A stretch of 64,000 nucleotides of DNA. Origin: Nitrospirota bacterium (GTDB taxonomy: Bacteria; Nitrospirota; UBA9217). A program made the translations under genes and the position numbers. Location of the stretch: contig CAVUCU010000001.1 in NCBI GenBank assembly GCA_963740085.1, positions 1,024,001 to 1,088,000 on the forward strand, written 5' to 3'. The notes beneath the pieces were generated by a model. That model was not told the DNA's origin. It worked only from the letters and a program-made list of their open reading frames with translations, and did not search any database. Position 1 is the stretch's first letter; each line of letters starts with the position of its first letter. Below, one piece after another: positions 1 to 9,707 of this stretch.

Positions 1-174
1 CAATCTTGACATGGAAATTTGATGGTATTTATCATAGGTTCAGGAGAAATATAGCAAAGTCATATAATCAAGTCAAGCGTTTTTATCTGTATTTCCATCT
101 TGACCTCACTGAATCTTACTTCTATAATAATTTTGTTATCAATACAGCATACTCAGCTCGCAGGAGGATTTCAC

Positions 175-1401
175 ATGAAAAGAGTGTTATTGGTATTCGC
201 AACAATTGTAGCCGGCATCGTGATGAGTTTTTCAGTAAGCTTCGCATCAGGCTTCAGGCTGCCAGAGCAGGATTCAACAGCCCTGGGAATGGCAAGCGCG
301 TTCGTGGGCCAGGCAGACAACCCGGCTGCGGTATGGTACAACCCGGCGGGTATCACCCAGCTCGACGGGACAATGGTCTCCGGAGGCGTTATCGGCATAT
401 ACCCGGAATTGACCCATGAAAACACGAACGGCACAACGGATGTGTCCAAGCGCGACTTGTACCTCCCTGTCCACTTATACGCAACACATAAATTGAATGA
501 GAATATCTTCTTCGGTTTCGGCATCAACAATCCATTCGGCCTATCCACGGACTGGCCGAAGACCAGTTCCACCCGGTACGTAGCCACGTTTTCCAGTATC
601 GTCACCACAGAGTTTAACCCGAATATAGCGTATAAGTTTAACGATGACCTGTCGGCTGCGTTCGGCATAGCCTATCTGCATATCCGAGCCACCCTTGAAA
701 AAATCACGCCTACTTCTCCCCTTACTGATGCAAACTTCAGACTCAGCGGAGATGCTGACGGATGGGGCGTAAACGCTGCGTTAACATATAAAGTATCTGA
801 TGCGGTGCATCTCGGCCTCTCTTACCGGAGCAGGATTAAGGAAAACGTGGAGGGGACCGCAGAAATCAATGGCACACCTCTGTCTGGAACCGGAAAAACA
901 TCGATCACACTTCCGGACCTGACGCAGTTCGGTGTATCATACCGCGCTTCGGACACACTGACATTAAATACCGACTTGGAATATACCATGTGGTCAACAT
1001 ACGATAAGCTGGAGATAGAATCTGATGTTCCGGCCTTCAATAAAACAGAAGAAAAACAATGGAAGAATACCTGGTGCCTCCGGATCGGCGGCCAGTATAA
1101 ATTATCTGACCAGTGGAAGTTGCGCGCCGGCTATTTGTACGATCAGAATCCGGTCAAGGAAGAATACTTTGAAACACGCATTCCCGACTCCGACAGGCAG
1201 GGCATATCAATCGGCGCCGGTTATACCATCGGCAGCGTCACGATTGACGCCGCCTACATGTACCTCCAGTTTAATAAAAGGACAATTTCCAATAGCGTGA
1301 TGGACGACGCGTCGGTAACACCCAAGGCCCCGGACGCCCTGAACGGAACTTACAGGTCCAGGGCCCAGCTCGCAGGAATCACGATCGGATATAAGTTTTA
1401 A
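175..1401 (+). CDS. OmpP1/FadL/TodX family outer-membrane transporter
   Basis: AGGAGG before ATG175; signal peptide; 'SGFRLPEQ..ALGMASAFVGQADNPAAVWYNPAG' FadL N-terminal motif; 'IPDSDR'; C-terminal Phe. Confidence 0.92.
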   Translation: MKRVLLVFATIVAGIVMSFSVSFASGFRLPEQDSTALGMASAFVGQADNPAAVWYNPAGITQLDGTMVSGGVIGIYPELTHENTNGTTDVSKRDLYLPVHLYATHKLNENIFFGFGINNPFGLSTDWPKTSSTRYVATFSSIVTTEFNPNIAYKFNDDLSAAFGIAYLHIRATLEKITPTSPLTDANFRLSGDADGWGVNAALTYKVSDAVHLGLSYRSRIKENVEGTAEINGTPLSGTGKTSITLPDLTQFGVSYRASDTLTLNTDLEYTMWSTYDKLEIESDVPAFNKTEEKQWKNTWCLRIGGQYKLSDQWKLRAGYLYDQNPVKEEYFETRIPDSDRQGISIGAGYTIGSVTIDAAYMYLQFNKRTISNSVMDDASVTPKAPDALNGTYRSRAQLAGITIGYKF

Positions 1402-1426
1402 CGATTTTCGCCTCTCTTATGAATTG

Positions 1427-1472
1427 TCCGGTTCTGCCTTCCTGCTGCATCAGGCCAGGCAGGACCGGATTT
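1427..1472 (+). terminator. Possible intrinsic terminator hairpin after fadL-like gene
   Basis: TCCGGTTCTGCCT...AGGCAGGACCGGA inverted repeat followed by only a short T run. Confidence 0.45.
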
Positions 1473-1714
1473 GCCATATCATCTTTTCTTCCTGAACGTT
1501 TCCTCTTATTTCTCGAAGTCATCACATAAGCTGTCACCATAAATCTCTCTGGTTCGGGCGGTGAACAGACGCACATAACGACGGGCCGCACCGAACATTA
1601 CCATCACACCCATTACTGCTCATTCCCGAGCAATCTAACTTATGCACACGGGGGGCGCGTCATATTGAGACGCCTGCGACTTTGACGTTGCCTTGATGAG
1701 ATAAAGACGAAGTG

Positions 1715-1744
1715 TTGACACCCTGCCAAGCTTTGTGGTATTTT
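1715..1744 (+). promoter_or_regulatory. sigma70-type promoter, probably leaderless transcript
   Basis: TTGACA-18nt-TATTTT (with TG extension), 6 nt before ATG1751; no SD. Confidence 0.6.
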
Positions 1745-1750
1745 TAGCCC

Positions 1751-4700
1751 ATGGCAATCGACAAGAATAAGACCATAAAAGAAGCACAGAAGCACGTTGC
1801 CAAGGGCCAGTTTGATAAGGCGATTGCAGAGTGGAAGAAGCTCCTCAAGGAAACGCCCGACGATCCTAATATTTACAATACCATAGGAGACCTATGTCTC
1901 AAGAAAGACTCCAAGGCAGATGCAGTCGAGGCTTATCACAAGGCCGCCAATCTTCTTGCCGCTGACGGGTTCACCTCCAAGGCCATCGCCCTCTTCAAAA
2001 AAGTTCTCAATATCGACGCCAAGAAAATGGATGCCCATCTCGCACTCGGCGACCTGAATGCAGAGAAGGGACTTACCAGCAACGCGCTCGAAAGCTACAA
2101 GATCGTTGCGGACCACTATACCCAGCAGAACCAAACAGCCAAGGCCCTCGACATCTACCAGAAGATGGCGGACCTGAACCCCTCCAATGTCGTATTCCAG
2201 ATCAAGCTCGGCGACATGTATGCAAAAGAGAGCATGAAGGATAAATCGGCCAAGGCATACCTCGCGGCTGCTGACGTTTACCTGTCCAAAGACGCATTCA
2301 AAGATGCACGACACCTGTTCGAGAAGATCCTCGCGCTGGAACCGGGCAACAAGGAGGTCTATCACAAGGCCGGAATCGTTTACTTCAAAGAAGGCAAATT
2401 CGTTGAAGCCTGCAAGGCGTTAAAACCAGCCTTTGAGAACGATCCATCAAATAAGGAGCTTGTCGAGATTTATCTTGAGGCCCTGGACAAGGCGGGCAAG
2501 GATGTCGAGGCTGAACAGGTCATCCGGAAGCTCCTCGCCGAGAACCCGAACAATGCCGAACTTCGTGCAAAACTGTACAACCTGTATCTTGCGAAAAAGG
2601 ACTTTGAAAAAGCCATTGTCGAGGCCGGGACCCTCGCTGACGGAAAAATCGAGAGCGGGAATACCGAAGAAGCTGAGGAGATCTACAAAGCCTTTGTGGC
2701 CAACAGTCCGTACTTTCCCCCCATCCGGCAAAAACTTGCCGAATTCTACATTTCCGTCAAACGGCCACTGGATGCAGCAGCGGAACTCATGCAGGCCTCC
2801 GAGTTGTTCATCACGGAAGGTGATGACCAGAGCGCCAGGGCCGTTCTATCGCAGGCGATCGAGATCGCGCCTGACCTGTCTGAGGCCAGAGAACGGCTCG
2901 CACAGATGCAGCCTGCCGCCGCGACTACACCTCCTTCGGAGCCGGAGTTCACAGCCGCAGAAGAACCAGTCCCGGTCTCACCCTCACCTGCTGTCGCCGA
3001 ACCCGAGCCATTACCAGTCCTTGAAGCGCCGCCACCGGCTCCCACCCCGCCGCCCGACTCTCCGGTCGCAGATGCGCCTGTTTTGGAGAAAGAAGATCCT
3101 GCGATCGCCGAAGCGTTCACCGAAGCCGATGTGCTCATCAAATACGGCCTTGCCGACAAGGCGGTTGAACAGCTCGAGGTGCTGAGCAGTAACTTCCCCG
3201 AAAATCCGCGAATACATATCAAGCTCCGGGAACTCTACCGTGAACAGGGGAACATTGATAAAGCTGTGCAGCATGCCCTTGTCGCCGTCTCGCTCCACTC
3301 AAAATACGGCAGGGAAGACCAGGCAACGACCGTGCTGCAGGAGACTTTTGAAATGGCGCCCGATCATGCGGCGGTCCTCTCCAGGCTCGGAAGGGCCCCT
3401 GTTGCGCCGGAAGAACCTGTGCGAGAAGCACTCGAGGAAGTCCCCCAGCCGGAGATCACCCCGGTCGATATCGAGACCCCTCCCCTCTCGTCCGTGATAA
3501 CTCCCCCGTCACTTGAAGAAACCTTGATAGAGACGGCATCGCTGGAGACTCCGGTCCCTTCGGGTGAAATTGAGTTTGAGGGGCTTGAATCGGAACTGCC
3601 CCCCCTGGAAGAGTTTTCGCCCGCGGAAACTGTCCCTGTTGCCGAACTGCCTGCGATTGAACAGCAGCCGGTTGAAGAAGAACCGCCCTTTGCCGAAGCG
3701 CCTTCTGTTGACGAACCGACTGCGATTGAACAGCAGCCGGTTGAAGAAGAACCGCCCTTTGCCGAAGCGCCTTCTGTTGACGAACCGACTGCGATTGAAC
3801 AGCAGCCGGTTGAAGAAGAACCGCCCTTTGCCGAAGCGCCTTCTGTTGACGAACCGACTGCGATTGAACAGCAGCCGGTTGAAGAAGAACCGCCCTTTGC
3901 CGAAGCGCCTTCTGTTGACGAACCGACTGCGATTGAACAGCAGCCGGTTGAAGAAGAACCGCCCTTTGCCGAAGCGCCTTCTGTTGACGAACCGACTGCG
4001 ATTGAACAGCAGCCGGTTGAAGAAGAACCGCCCTTTGCCGAAGCGCCTTCTGTTGACGAACCGACTGCGATTGAACAGCAGCCGGTTGAAGAAGAACCGC
4101 CCCTTGCCGAAGCGCCTTCCGTTGACGAACCGACTGCAGAGGAACAGCCGTTTATTGAAAAAGAGTTTGCGGACGAGCAGGAACAGACTGTGATTGCACC
4201 TGTGGAAGAAGAGGCAGCGCACAAACCAACCGACGAGGTTGATATCGGTGAGATATGGGCGGAAGCGGAGTTCTACTTTCAGCAGGGATTGTTCGACGAG
4301 GCAAAGAAGCATTACACTCAGATCATCGCCTTGACACCCGACAACCAGCGAGCGGGCGATCGGCTTGCCGAAATCTCTCGTGAAGAAAATGAAACACGGG
4401 AATTTGCCAAACTTACCGATGCGGTCGAAGGGCTGGAAGGCTATCTCCCGCCGGAGGCAACCGAGGGAGAGCTTGCAGCGAGCGCATCTGACGATGAGGC
4501 AGTCCGCGCTCTGATGCTGGAGATCCAGCAGCTCAAGCAGCAGTCGGCGCCCCCTCCCCCGCCGCCGAAAGAGAAAAAAATCGCTGTGCCGCCTCAGCAG
4601 ATTGCGGCCGACGCAGCACTCAGCAATCCTGTCGAGCCTGCAAAAAAGAGCGATGAAGAAGACTTTTTTGACTTGGGCGCAGAGCTCCAGCGGGAGGCGG

Positions 4701-5374
4701 CCGCTGACCAGCAGGGGAAAGCAGCTTCCGAGGATTTCTTTGATCTTGCCGCAGAACTCAAAGACGAGCTGAGCAGCATTCCAATCCCCGCGCGGCGTGC
4801 GGTGCCCGAAGAGGAGCAAACACTCGACGATATCTTTGAAGAATTCAAAAAGGGAGTTGAGCAGCAATCGACAACGGAGGACGCGGATACACACTATAAT
4901 CTCGGTGTGGCCTATAAAGAAATGGGCCTCCTGGATGATGCCATCGGGGAATTCATCATGACGCCCGAGGATGAGCCCAAGTTCGTCCAGAGTCGGTATA
5001 TGCTCGGCTTGTGTTATATGGAGAAGGGAGAGTATCAGAACGCCATTGGCGAGATCCGGAACGCTCTGGATTATGCGGAGGCACTGGGGCTCGAAACCGA
5101 GAACCGTATTGAGATGCACTACGATCTCGGCCTTGCGTGTCAGTGCGCAGGTAACATCGACAGCGCAACCGATGAGTTCCAAAAGGTCGTCGACGAGGAT
5201 CCCGGGTATAGGGATACTGCCGCGAAACTGAACGATATCCAGAAGGGAGACTTTATCTCGCTCGAGCAGCTCAAGGATGATATCGAGAAGGAAATATCCT
5301 CAAAGTTCCTCGAAGAAGGCGTGCGAATCGAACGTGAAGAAAAGACACGAAAAAACGAGCGCGTAGGGAAATAG
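1751..5374 (+). CDS. Large TPR protein with acidic Pro/Glu-rich linker (SgmX/FimV-like polar scaffold)
   Basis: N-terminal TPR array, low-complexity acidic middle, C-terminal TPRs 'DTHYNLGVAYKEMGLLDDAIGEF'. Confidence 0.8.
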   Translation: MAIDKNKTIKEAQKHVAKGQFDKAIAEWKKLLKETPDDPNIYNTIGDLCLKKDSKADAVEAYHKAANLLAADGFTSKAIALFKKVLNIDAKKMDAHLALGDLNAEKGLTSNALESYKIVADHYTQQNQTAKALDIYQKMADLNPSNVVFQIKLGDMYAKESMKDKSAKAYLAAADVYLSKDAFKDARHLFEKILALEPGNKEVYHKAGIVYFKEGKFVEACKALKPAFENDPSNKELVEIYLEALDKAGKDVEAEQVIRKLLAENPNNAELRAKLYNLYLAKKDFEKAIVEAGTLADGKIESGNTEEAEEIYKAFVANSPYFPPIRQKLAEFYISVKRPLDAAAELMQASELFITEGDDQSARAVLSQAIEIAPDLSEARERLAQMQPAAATTPPSEPEFTAAEEPVPVSPSPAVAEPEPLPVLEAPPPAPTPPPDSPVADAPVLEKEDPAIAEAFTEADVLIKYGLADKAVEQLEVLSSNFPENPRIHIKLRELYREQGNIDKAVQHALVAVSLHSKYGREDQATTVLQETFEMAPDHAAVLSRLGRAPVAPEEPVREALEEVPQPEITPVDIETPPLSSVITPPSLEETLIETASLETPVPSGEIEFEGLESELPPLEEFSPAETVPVAELPAIEQQPVEEEPPFAEAPSVDEPTAIEQQPVEEEPPFAEAPSVDEPTAIEQQPVEEEPPFAEAPSVDEPTAIEQQPVEEEPPFAEAPSVDEPTAIEQQPVEEEPPFAEAPSVDEPTAIEQQPVEEEPPFAEAPSVDEPTAIEQQPVEEEPPLAEAPSVDEPTAEEQPFIEKEFADEQEQTVIAPVEEEAAHKPTDEVDIGEIWAEAEFYFQQGLFDEAKKHYTQIIALTPDNQRAGDRLAEISREENETREFAKLTDAVEGLEGYLPPEATEGELAASASDDEAVRALMLEIQQLKQQSAPPPPPPKEKKIAVPPQQIAADAALSNPVEPAKKSDEEDFFDLGAELQREAAADQQGKAASEDFFDLAAELKDELSSIPIPARRAVPEEEQTLDDIFEEFKKGVEQQSTTEDADTHYNLGVAYKEMGLLDDAIGEFIMTPEDEPKFVQSRYMLGLCYMEKGEYQNAIGEIRNALDYAEALGLETENRIEMHYDLGLACQCAGNIDSATDEFQKVVDEDPGYRDTAAKLNDIQKGDFISLEQLKDDIEKEISSKFLEEGVRIEREEKTRKNERVGK
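3651..4137 (+). repeat. In-frame tandem repeat, 7 x 69 bp (23 aa AIEQQPVEEEPPFAEAPSVDEPT)
   Basis: Units start at 3651, 3720, 3789, 3858, 3927, 3996, 4065; six identical, seventh has two substitutions; no spacers. Confidence 0.97.
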
Positions 5375-5376
5375 AG

Positions 5377-5481
5377 TGCCTATATTTTAGGCTGCTGGTC
5401 GTTTTTTGTGCATGCCCGCCACTTTTTAAAAAACATAACAATTTGAAATATAATATGTTACGCTCTAGCATCAAAATTGCT
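5377..5481 (+). promoter_or_regulatory. Putative NtrC-type enhancer pair, IHF-like site and degenerate sigma54 promoter for glnB-glnA
   Basis: 17-bp semi-palindromes TGCCTATATTTTAGGCT (5377-5393) and TGGTCGTTTTTTGTGCA (5396-5412); TAGCATCAAAATTGCT (5466-5481) has -24/-12 spacing but AG instead of GG. Confidence 0.4.
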
Positions 5482-5491
5482 TATTAATTAG

Positions 5492-5847
<356 letters not shown>

Positions 5848-5848
<1 letters not shown>

Positions 5849-5929
5849 ACAGAATACAGAAGTCAGAAGACGGAAGTCAGCTCGATATGCAACGACTTCT
5901 GGATTCTGGCTCCTGACTACTGAATTCTT
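5848..5929. repeat. Heptamer-periodic inverted-repeat intergenic element
   Basis: gacagaa tacagaa gtcagaa gacggaa gtcag ... ttctggc tcctgac tactgaa ttct between glnB and glnA. Confidence 0.75.
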
Positions 5930-5952
5930 GAGTTTAACTATAGGAGGAACCG

Positions 5953-7365
5953 ATGAAACCCAAGGACGTACTGCAGATGGCAAAAGAGAGCAAGGCAATG
6001 ATGGTTGATTTCAAGTTCATGGACTACCCCGGGCTGTGGCAGCATTTTTCCGTGCCCGTGGACGAACTGACCGAGGGCGTTTTTGAGGATGGGCTTGGCT
6101 TCGACGGATCCAGCATCCGCGGATGGCAGGCGATCCATACGAGCGACATGCTGGTTGTACCTGATCCGGCGACGGCGGTTATGGACCCGTTCACCAAATA
6201 CCCCACGCTTTCGCTCATCTGCAACATTGTCGACCCCATCACCAAGGAGCGCTATTCCCGCGACCCGCGCCACATCGCACAGAAAGCGGAGGCGTATCTC
6301 AAGTCATCCGGCATTGGCGATACGGCATTCTTCGGCCCGGAGGCTGAGTTCTTCATCTTCGATGATATACGCTTCGACCAGAACTCCCATGAGGGTTATT
6401 ACCACCTGGACAGCGTGGAAGGCATTTGGAACAGCGGCAAGGACGAAAAGCCGAACCTCGGTTATAAGCCGCGCCACAAGGAAGGCTACTTTCCCGTTCC
6501 GCCCGTCGACAGCCAGGAGGACATTCGCACCGAGATGGTAGCGGAGATGCAGAAGGTCGGCATCTACGTTGAACGGCAGCATCATGAGGTTGCCACCGCC
6601 GGTCAGGCGGAGATCGACATCCGCTTCAGCCCGCTCGTGAAGTGCGCGGACCAGCTTATGTACTTCAAGTACATCATCAAGAACGTGGCAAAACGGCACA
6701 ACAAGACCGTGACCTTCATGCCAAAACCGCTCTTCGGCGACAACGGCTCGGGCATGCACACGCACCAGTCTATCTGGAAGGGCGGCAAACCCCTGTTCTC
6801 CGGCAATGAGTATGCGGGACTTTCCAAGCTCGCGCTTCACTACATCGGGGGCATTTTGAAACACGCCAAGGTGCTCGCGGCATTCACGAACCCGACCACG
6901 AATTCGTACAAGCGACTGACCCCTGGCTTCGAGGCTCCGGTGAACCTTGCCTACTCGAGCAGAAACCGCTCGGCATCCATTCGCATCCCCATGTATAGCG
7001 CAAACCCAAAGGCTAAACGCGCCGAGGTACGGTTCCCTGACCCTTCCTGCAATCCGTATCTCGCATTCGCGGCCATGCTGATGGCCGGTCTCGACGGTAT
7101 TGAGAACAAGATCGATCCAGGCCAGCCCCTCGATAAGGACATCTACGATATGGCGCCGGAAGAACTGGCGAGCGTGCCGACAATGCCTGCATCACTCGAA
7201 GAGGCACTGGACAACCTTGAGGCGGACCACAACTTCCTCCTGAAGGGTGATGTATTCACCAAGGACGCGATCGAGATGTGGATCAACTACAAACGGACCA
7301 AGGAAGTGGACGCCCTCCGTTTGCGGCCCCATCCGTATGAGTTTTTCCTGTATTACGATATCTAA
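5953..7365 (+). CDS. glnA: Glutamine synthetase type I
   Basis: 'FDGSSI', 'HHEVA', '[15 protein letters not shown]', 'PGFEAP', 'EVRFPDP'. Confidence 0.98.
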   Translation: MKPKDVLQMAKESKAMMVDFKFMDYPGLWQHFSVPVDELTEGVFEDGLGFDGSSIRGWQAIHTSDMLVVPDPATAVMDPFTKYPTLSLICNIVDPITKERYSRDPRHIAQKAEAYLKSSGIGDTAFFGPEAEFFIFDDIRFDQNSHEGYYHLDSVEGIWNSGKDEKPNLGYKPRHKEGYFPVPPVDSQEDIRTEMVAEMQKVGIYVERQHHEVATAGQAEIDIRFSPLVKCADQLMYFKYIIKNVAKRHNKTVTFMPKPLFGDNGSGMHTHQSIWKGGKPLFSGNEYAGLSKLALHYIGGILKHAKVLAAFTNPTTNSYKRLTPGFEAPVNLAYSSRNRSASIRIPMYSANPKAKRAEVRFPDPSCNPYLAFAAMLMAGLDGIENKIDPGQPLDKDIYDMAPEELASVPTMPASLEEALDNLEADHNFLLKGDVFTKDAIEMWINYKRTKEVDALRLRPHPYEFFLYYDI

Positions 7366-7394
7366 ACACTTACTCCCCGACCAGGTGAGCGCAC

Positions 7395-7432
7395 AACCGG
7401 GACCCGATCATGCATGGGTCCCGGTTTTTTTT
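7395..7432 (+). terminator. Intrinsic terminator after glnA
   Basis: AACCGGGACCC / GGGTCCCGGTT stem followed by T-tract. Confidence 0.9.
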
Positions 7433-7622
7433 AGCATCCAGAAGCCGCCCGTGGATTTCCCTTAAGGTAATTCAAAACCATTCGAGACCCCCTTTGTCAG
7501 ATCATCCGCGTAAATCTCCGTCAAACAACGTCTTTATGAAATTTTAATGCTTTTTGCCGCACTTTTAGCGGTAATTTAACGCGCCTTGTGCTTATATTAT
7601 TGCATGCAAAGGAGGAAAGCTC

Positions 7623-7703
7623 ATGGACGTCCTTTTTATCGGCATCACGATCGCGCTTTTTGTTGCAAGCTGGTTTTTTATGAAACTCTTTGAACGGGTC
7701 TAG
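7623..7703 (+). CDS. Small single-TM peptide upstream of kdpF (26 aa, MDVLFIGITIALFVASWFFMKLFERV)
   Basis: AAGGAGG SD; hydrophobic helix; below ORF-track size cutoff. Confidence 0.75.
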   Translation: MDVLFIGITIALFVASWFFMKLFERV

Positions 7704-7717
7704 GAAGGAAGAAGGGA

Positions 7718-7810
7718 ATGGAATTATTCTACTGGATTGGCGGCATTCTCGCTGCGGCGTTGTTGATCTATCTCCTGATAGCACTTCTTAAACCAGAGGC
7801 ACTCTCATGA
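7718..7810 (+). CDS. kdpF: K+-transporting ATPase subunit F (30 aa)
   Basis: MELFYWIGGILAAALLIYLLIALLKPEALS with the 'YL..ALL.PE' KdpF motif; ATGA overlap with kdpA. Confidence 0.9.
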   Translation: MELFYWIGGILAAALLIYLLIALLKPEALS

Positions 7811-9609
7811 CGGGCAACGATATTCTGCAAATAGTTATATTCTTTGGTGTCTTGCTGCTTCTCGCAAAACCGCTTGGAGTCTATATGGCGCGGGTTTACG
7901 AAGGACAACCTTCGGGACTGGACCGCGTGCTGGGACCTGTTGAACGGTTTTTCTACCGGATTTGCGGCATCAAGCCCGACGAGGAAATGAGATGGAAGAA
8001 GTACGCCGGCTCGATGCTTCTCTTCAGTGCAACGGGCTTCTTCTTCCTTTATCTTCTGCAACGCTTTCAGGGTATCTTGCCGCTCAATCCACAGAAGTTC
8101 GCCGGGGTCTCGCCAGATCTGTCGTTCAACACCGCCGTGAGCTTCATGACCAACACGAACTGGCAGAGCTACGGCGGCGAAACAACGATGAGCTACTTCA
8201 CCCAGATGATCGGGCTTGGAGTGCAGAATTTCGTGTCTGCCGCGGCAGGTATGGCCGTGCTTGTCGCCCTGATACGCGGGTTCAAGAGACACTCTGTTGA
8301 CACGATTGGTAATTTTTGGTTCGACCTTGCCCGCTCCACACTTTACATCCTGATGCCGCTCGCGCTGGTTTATTCTATCCTTCTCGCTTCTCAAGGGGTA
8401 GTACAGACCTTCAGCGAATATAAGGCGGTGCAGCTCAGCCAAACCATCACCTACGATAACCCAAAGCTCGATGCCCAGGGCAACCCGATCAAAGATGAAA
8501 AGGGCAACCTGGTGACCGAGAAAGCGGAGATGAAAGAGCAGGTCATACCGCTCGGACCGGCTGCTTCGCAGATCGCGATCAAACAACTCGGCACGAACGG
8601 CGGTGGATTCTTTAATGCAAATTCGGCCCATCCCTTTGAGAACCCGACTGCTTTTTCCAACTTTCTGGAAATGCTGGCGATCCTCCTGATACCCGCAGCG
8701 CTCTGCATCACCTTCGGCAAGATGGTGGGAGACATGCGCCAGGGATGGGCATTGCTCTCGGCGATGGTGATCGTTCTCCTTACGCTGATGGCTTTATGTA
8801 CCTGGAGCGAGCAGGGCGGCAATCCTCGCTTTGCATCCATCGGCGTCGATCAGTCAGCGAGCGATTTGCAGCCCGGCGGCAATATGGAGGGAAAAGAAGC
8901 GCGTTTCGGGATCGTAAATTCCGCGATCTGGGCCACGACAACAACTGCGGCCTCGAACGGATCGGTCAATTCCATGCACGACTCTTTCACTCCCATGGGC
9001 GGCCTGTACCCGCTGGTACTGATCCAGTTGGGAGAGGTGATCTTCGGAGGCGTGGGCTCCGGTCTTTACGGCATGCTGATCATGGCAATTATCACGGTCT
9101 TCATAGCCGGCCTCATGGTCGGCCGCACGCCGGAGTATCTGGGAAAAAAGATCGAGATGTTCGAGATGAAGATGGCTTCGGTCGCCGTGCTCGTTGTCAA
9201 TGCCCTGGTCAAGATCGGCACGGCTGTCGGCGTTTCAACTGCAGCGGGAGTAGCGGGAGCAGCGAACCCCGGTCCGCATGGATTTTCCGAGATCCTCTAT
9301 GCCTTTTCATCCGCGGCGAACAACAACGGAAGCGCCTTTGCCGGCATCTCCGCCAACACGGTTTTCTATAATACGGCCCTTGGGATAACCATGTTTATAG
9401 GCCGGTTCTGGGTGATAATCCCGGTGCTTGCCATTGCCGGTTCTCTCGCGAAGAAGAAGCAGGTTCCTGCCGGCCTGGGAACACTGCCGACCCATACCCC
9501 ATTGTTCGTGGTGCTCTTGATCGGAGTCATCGTGATCGTAGGCGCGTTGACGTTCATGCCGGCGTGGGCTCTCGGGCCGATTGCCGAACAATTGATGGCG
9601 GGGAGATAA
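7807..9609 (+). CDS. kdpA: K+-transporting ATPase subunit A
   Basis: 'NTNWQSY', 'LGTNGGG', 'SNGS', 'NNGSAF' filter motifs. Confidence 0.97.
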   Translation: MTGNDILQIVIFFGVLLLLAKPLGVYMARVYEGQPSGLDRVLGPVERFFYRICGIKPDEEMRWKKYAGSMLLFSATGFFFLYLLQRFQGILPLNPQKFAGVSPDLSFNTAVSFMTNTNWQSYGGETTMSYFTQMIGLGVQNFVSAAAGMAVLVALIRGFKRHSVDTIGNFWFDLARSTLYILMPLALVYSILLASQGVVQTFSEYKAVQLSQTITYDNPKLDAQGNPIKDEKGNLVTEKAEMKEQVIPLGPAASQIAIKQLGTNGGGFFNANSAHPFENPTAFSNFLEMLAILLIPAALCITFGKMVGDMRQGWALLSAMVIVLLTLMALCTWSEQGGNPRFASIGVDQSASDLQPGGNMEGKEARFGIVNSAIWATTTTAASNGSVNSMHDSFTPMGGLYPLVLIQLGEVIFGGVGSGLYGMLIMAIITVFIAGLMVGRTPEYLGKKIEMFEMKMASVAVLVVNALVKIGTAVGVSTAAGVAGAANPGPHGFSEILYAFSSAANNNGSAFAGISANTVFYNTALGITMFIGRFWVIIPVLAIAGSLAKKKQVPAGLGTLPTHTPLFVVLLIGVIVIVGALTFMPAWALGPIAEQLMAGR

Positions 9610-9707
9610 GGTAAGCACCAAATGACAAGCATCAAATTTGAAAAATTGCAAACGTTTCGGTCATTGCCGTTTTGAATTTGAAATTTAGACTTTTGTTGGA
9701 GAAAATG

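Noticed and set aside
3651-4137. Possible CRISPR array
   Set aside because: Units are contiguous with no unique spacers, length is a multiple of 3 within a CDS, and no cas genes are present
3509-5182. 557-aa minus-strand ORF and other long antisense ORFs
   Set aside because: Shadows of the real plus-strand gene, inflated by the repeat and GC bias; no motifs
7530-7585. KdpE-binding direct repeats (TTTATG..TTAATG)
   Set aside because: Plausible by position but too degenerate in AT-rich DNA to support
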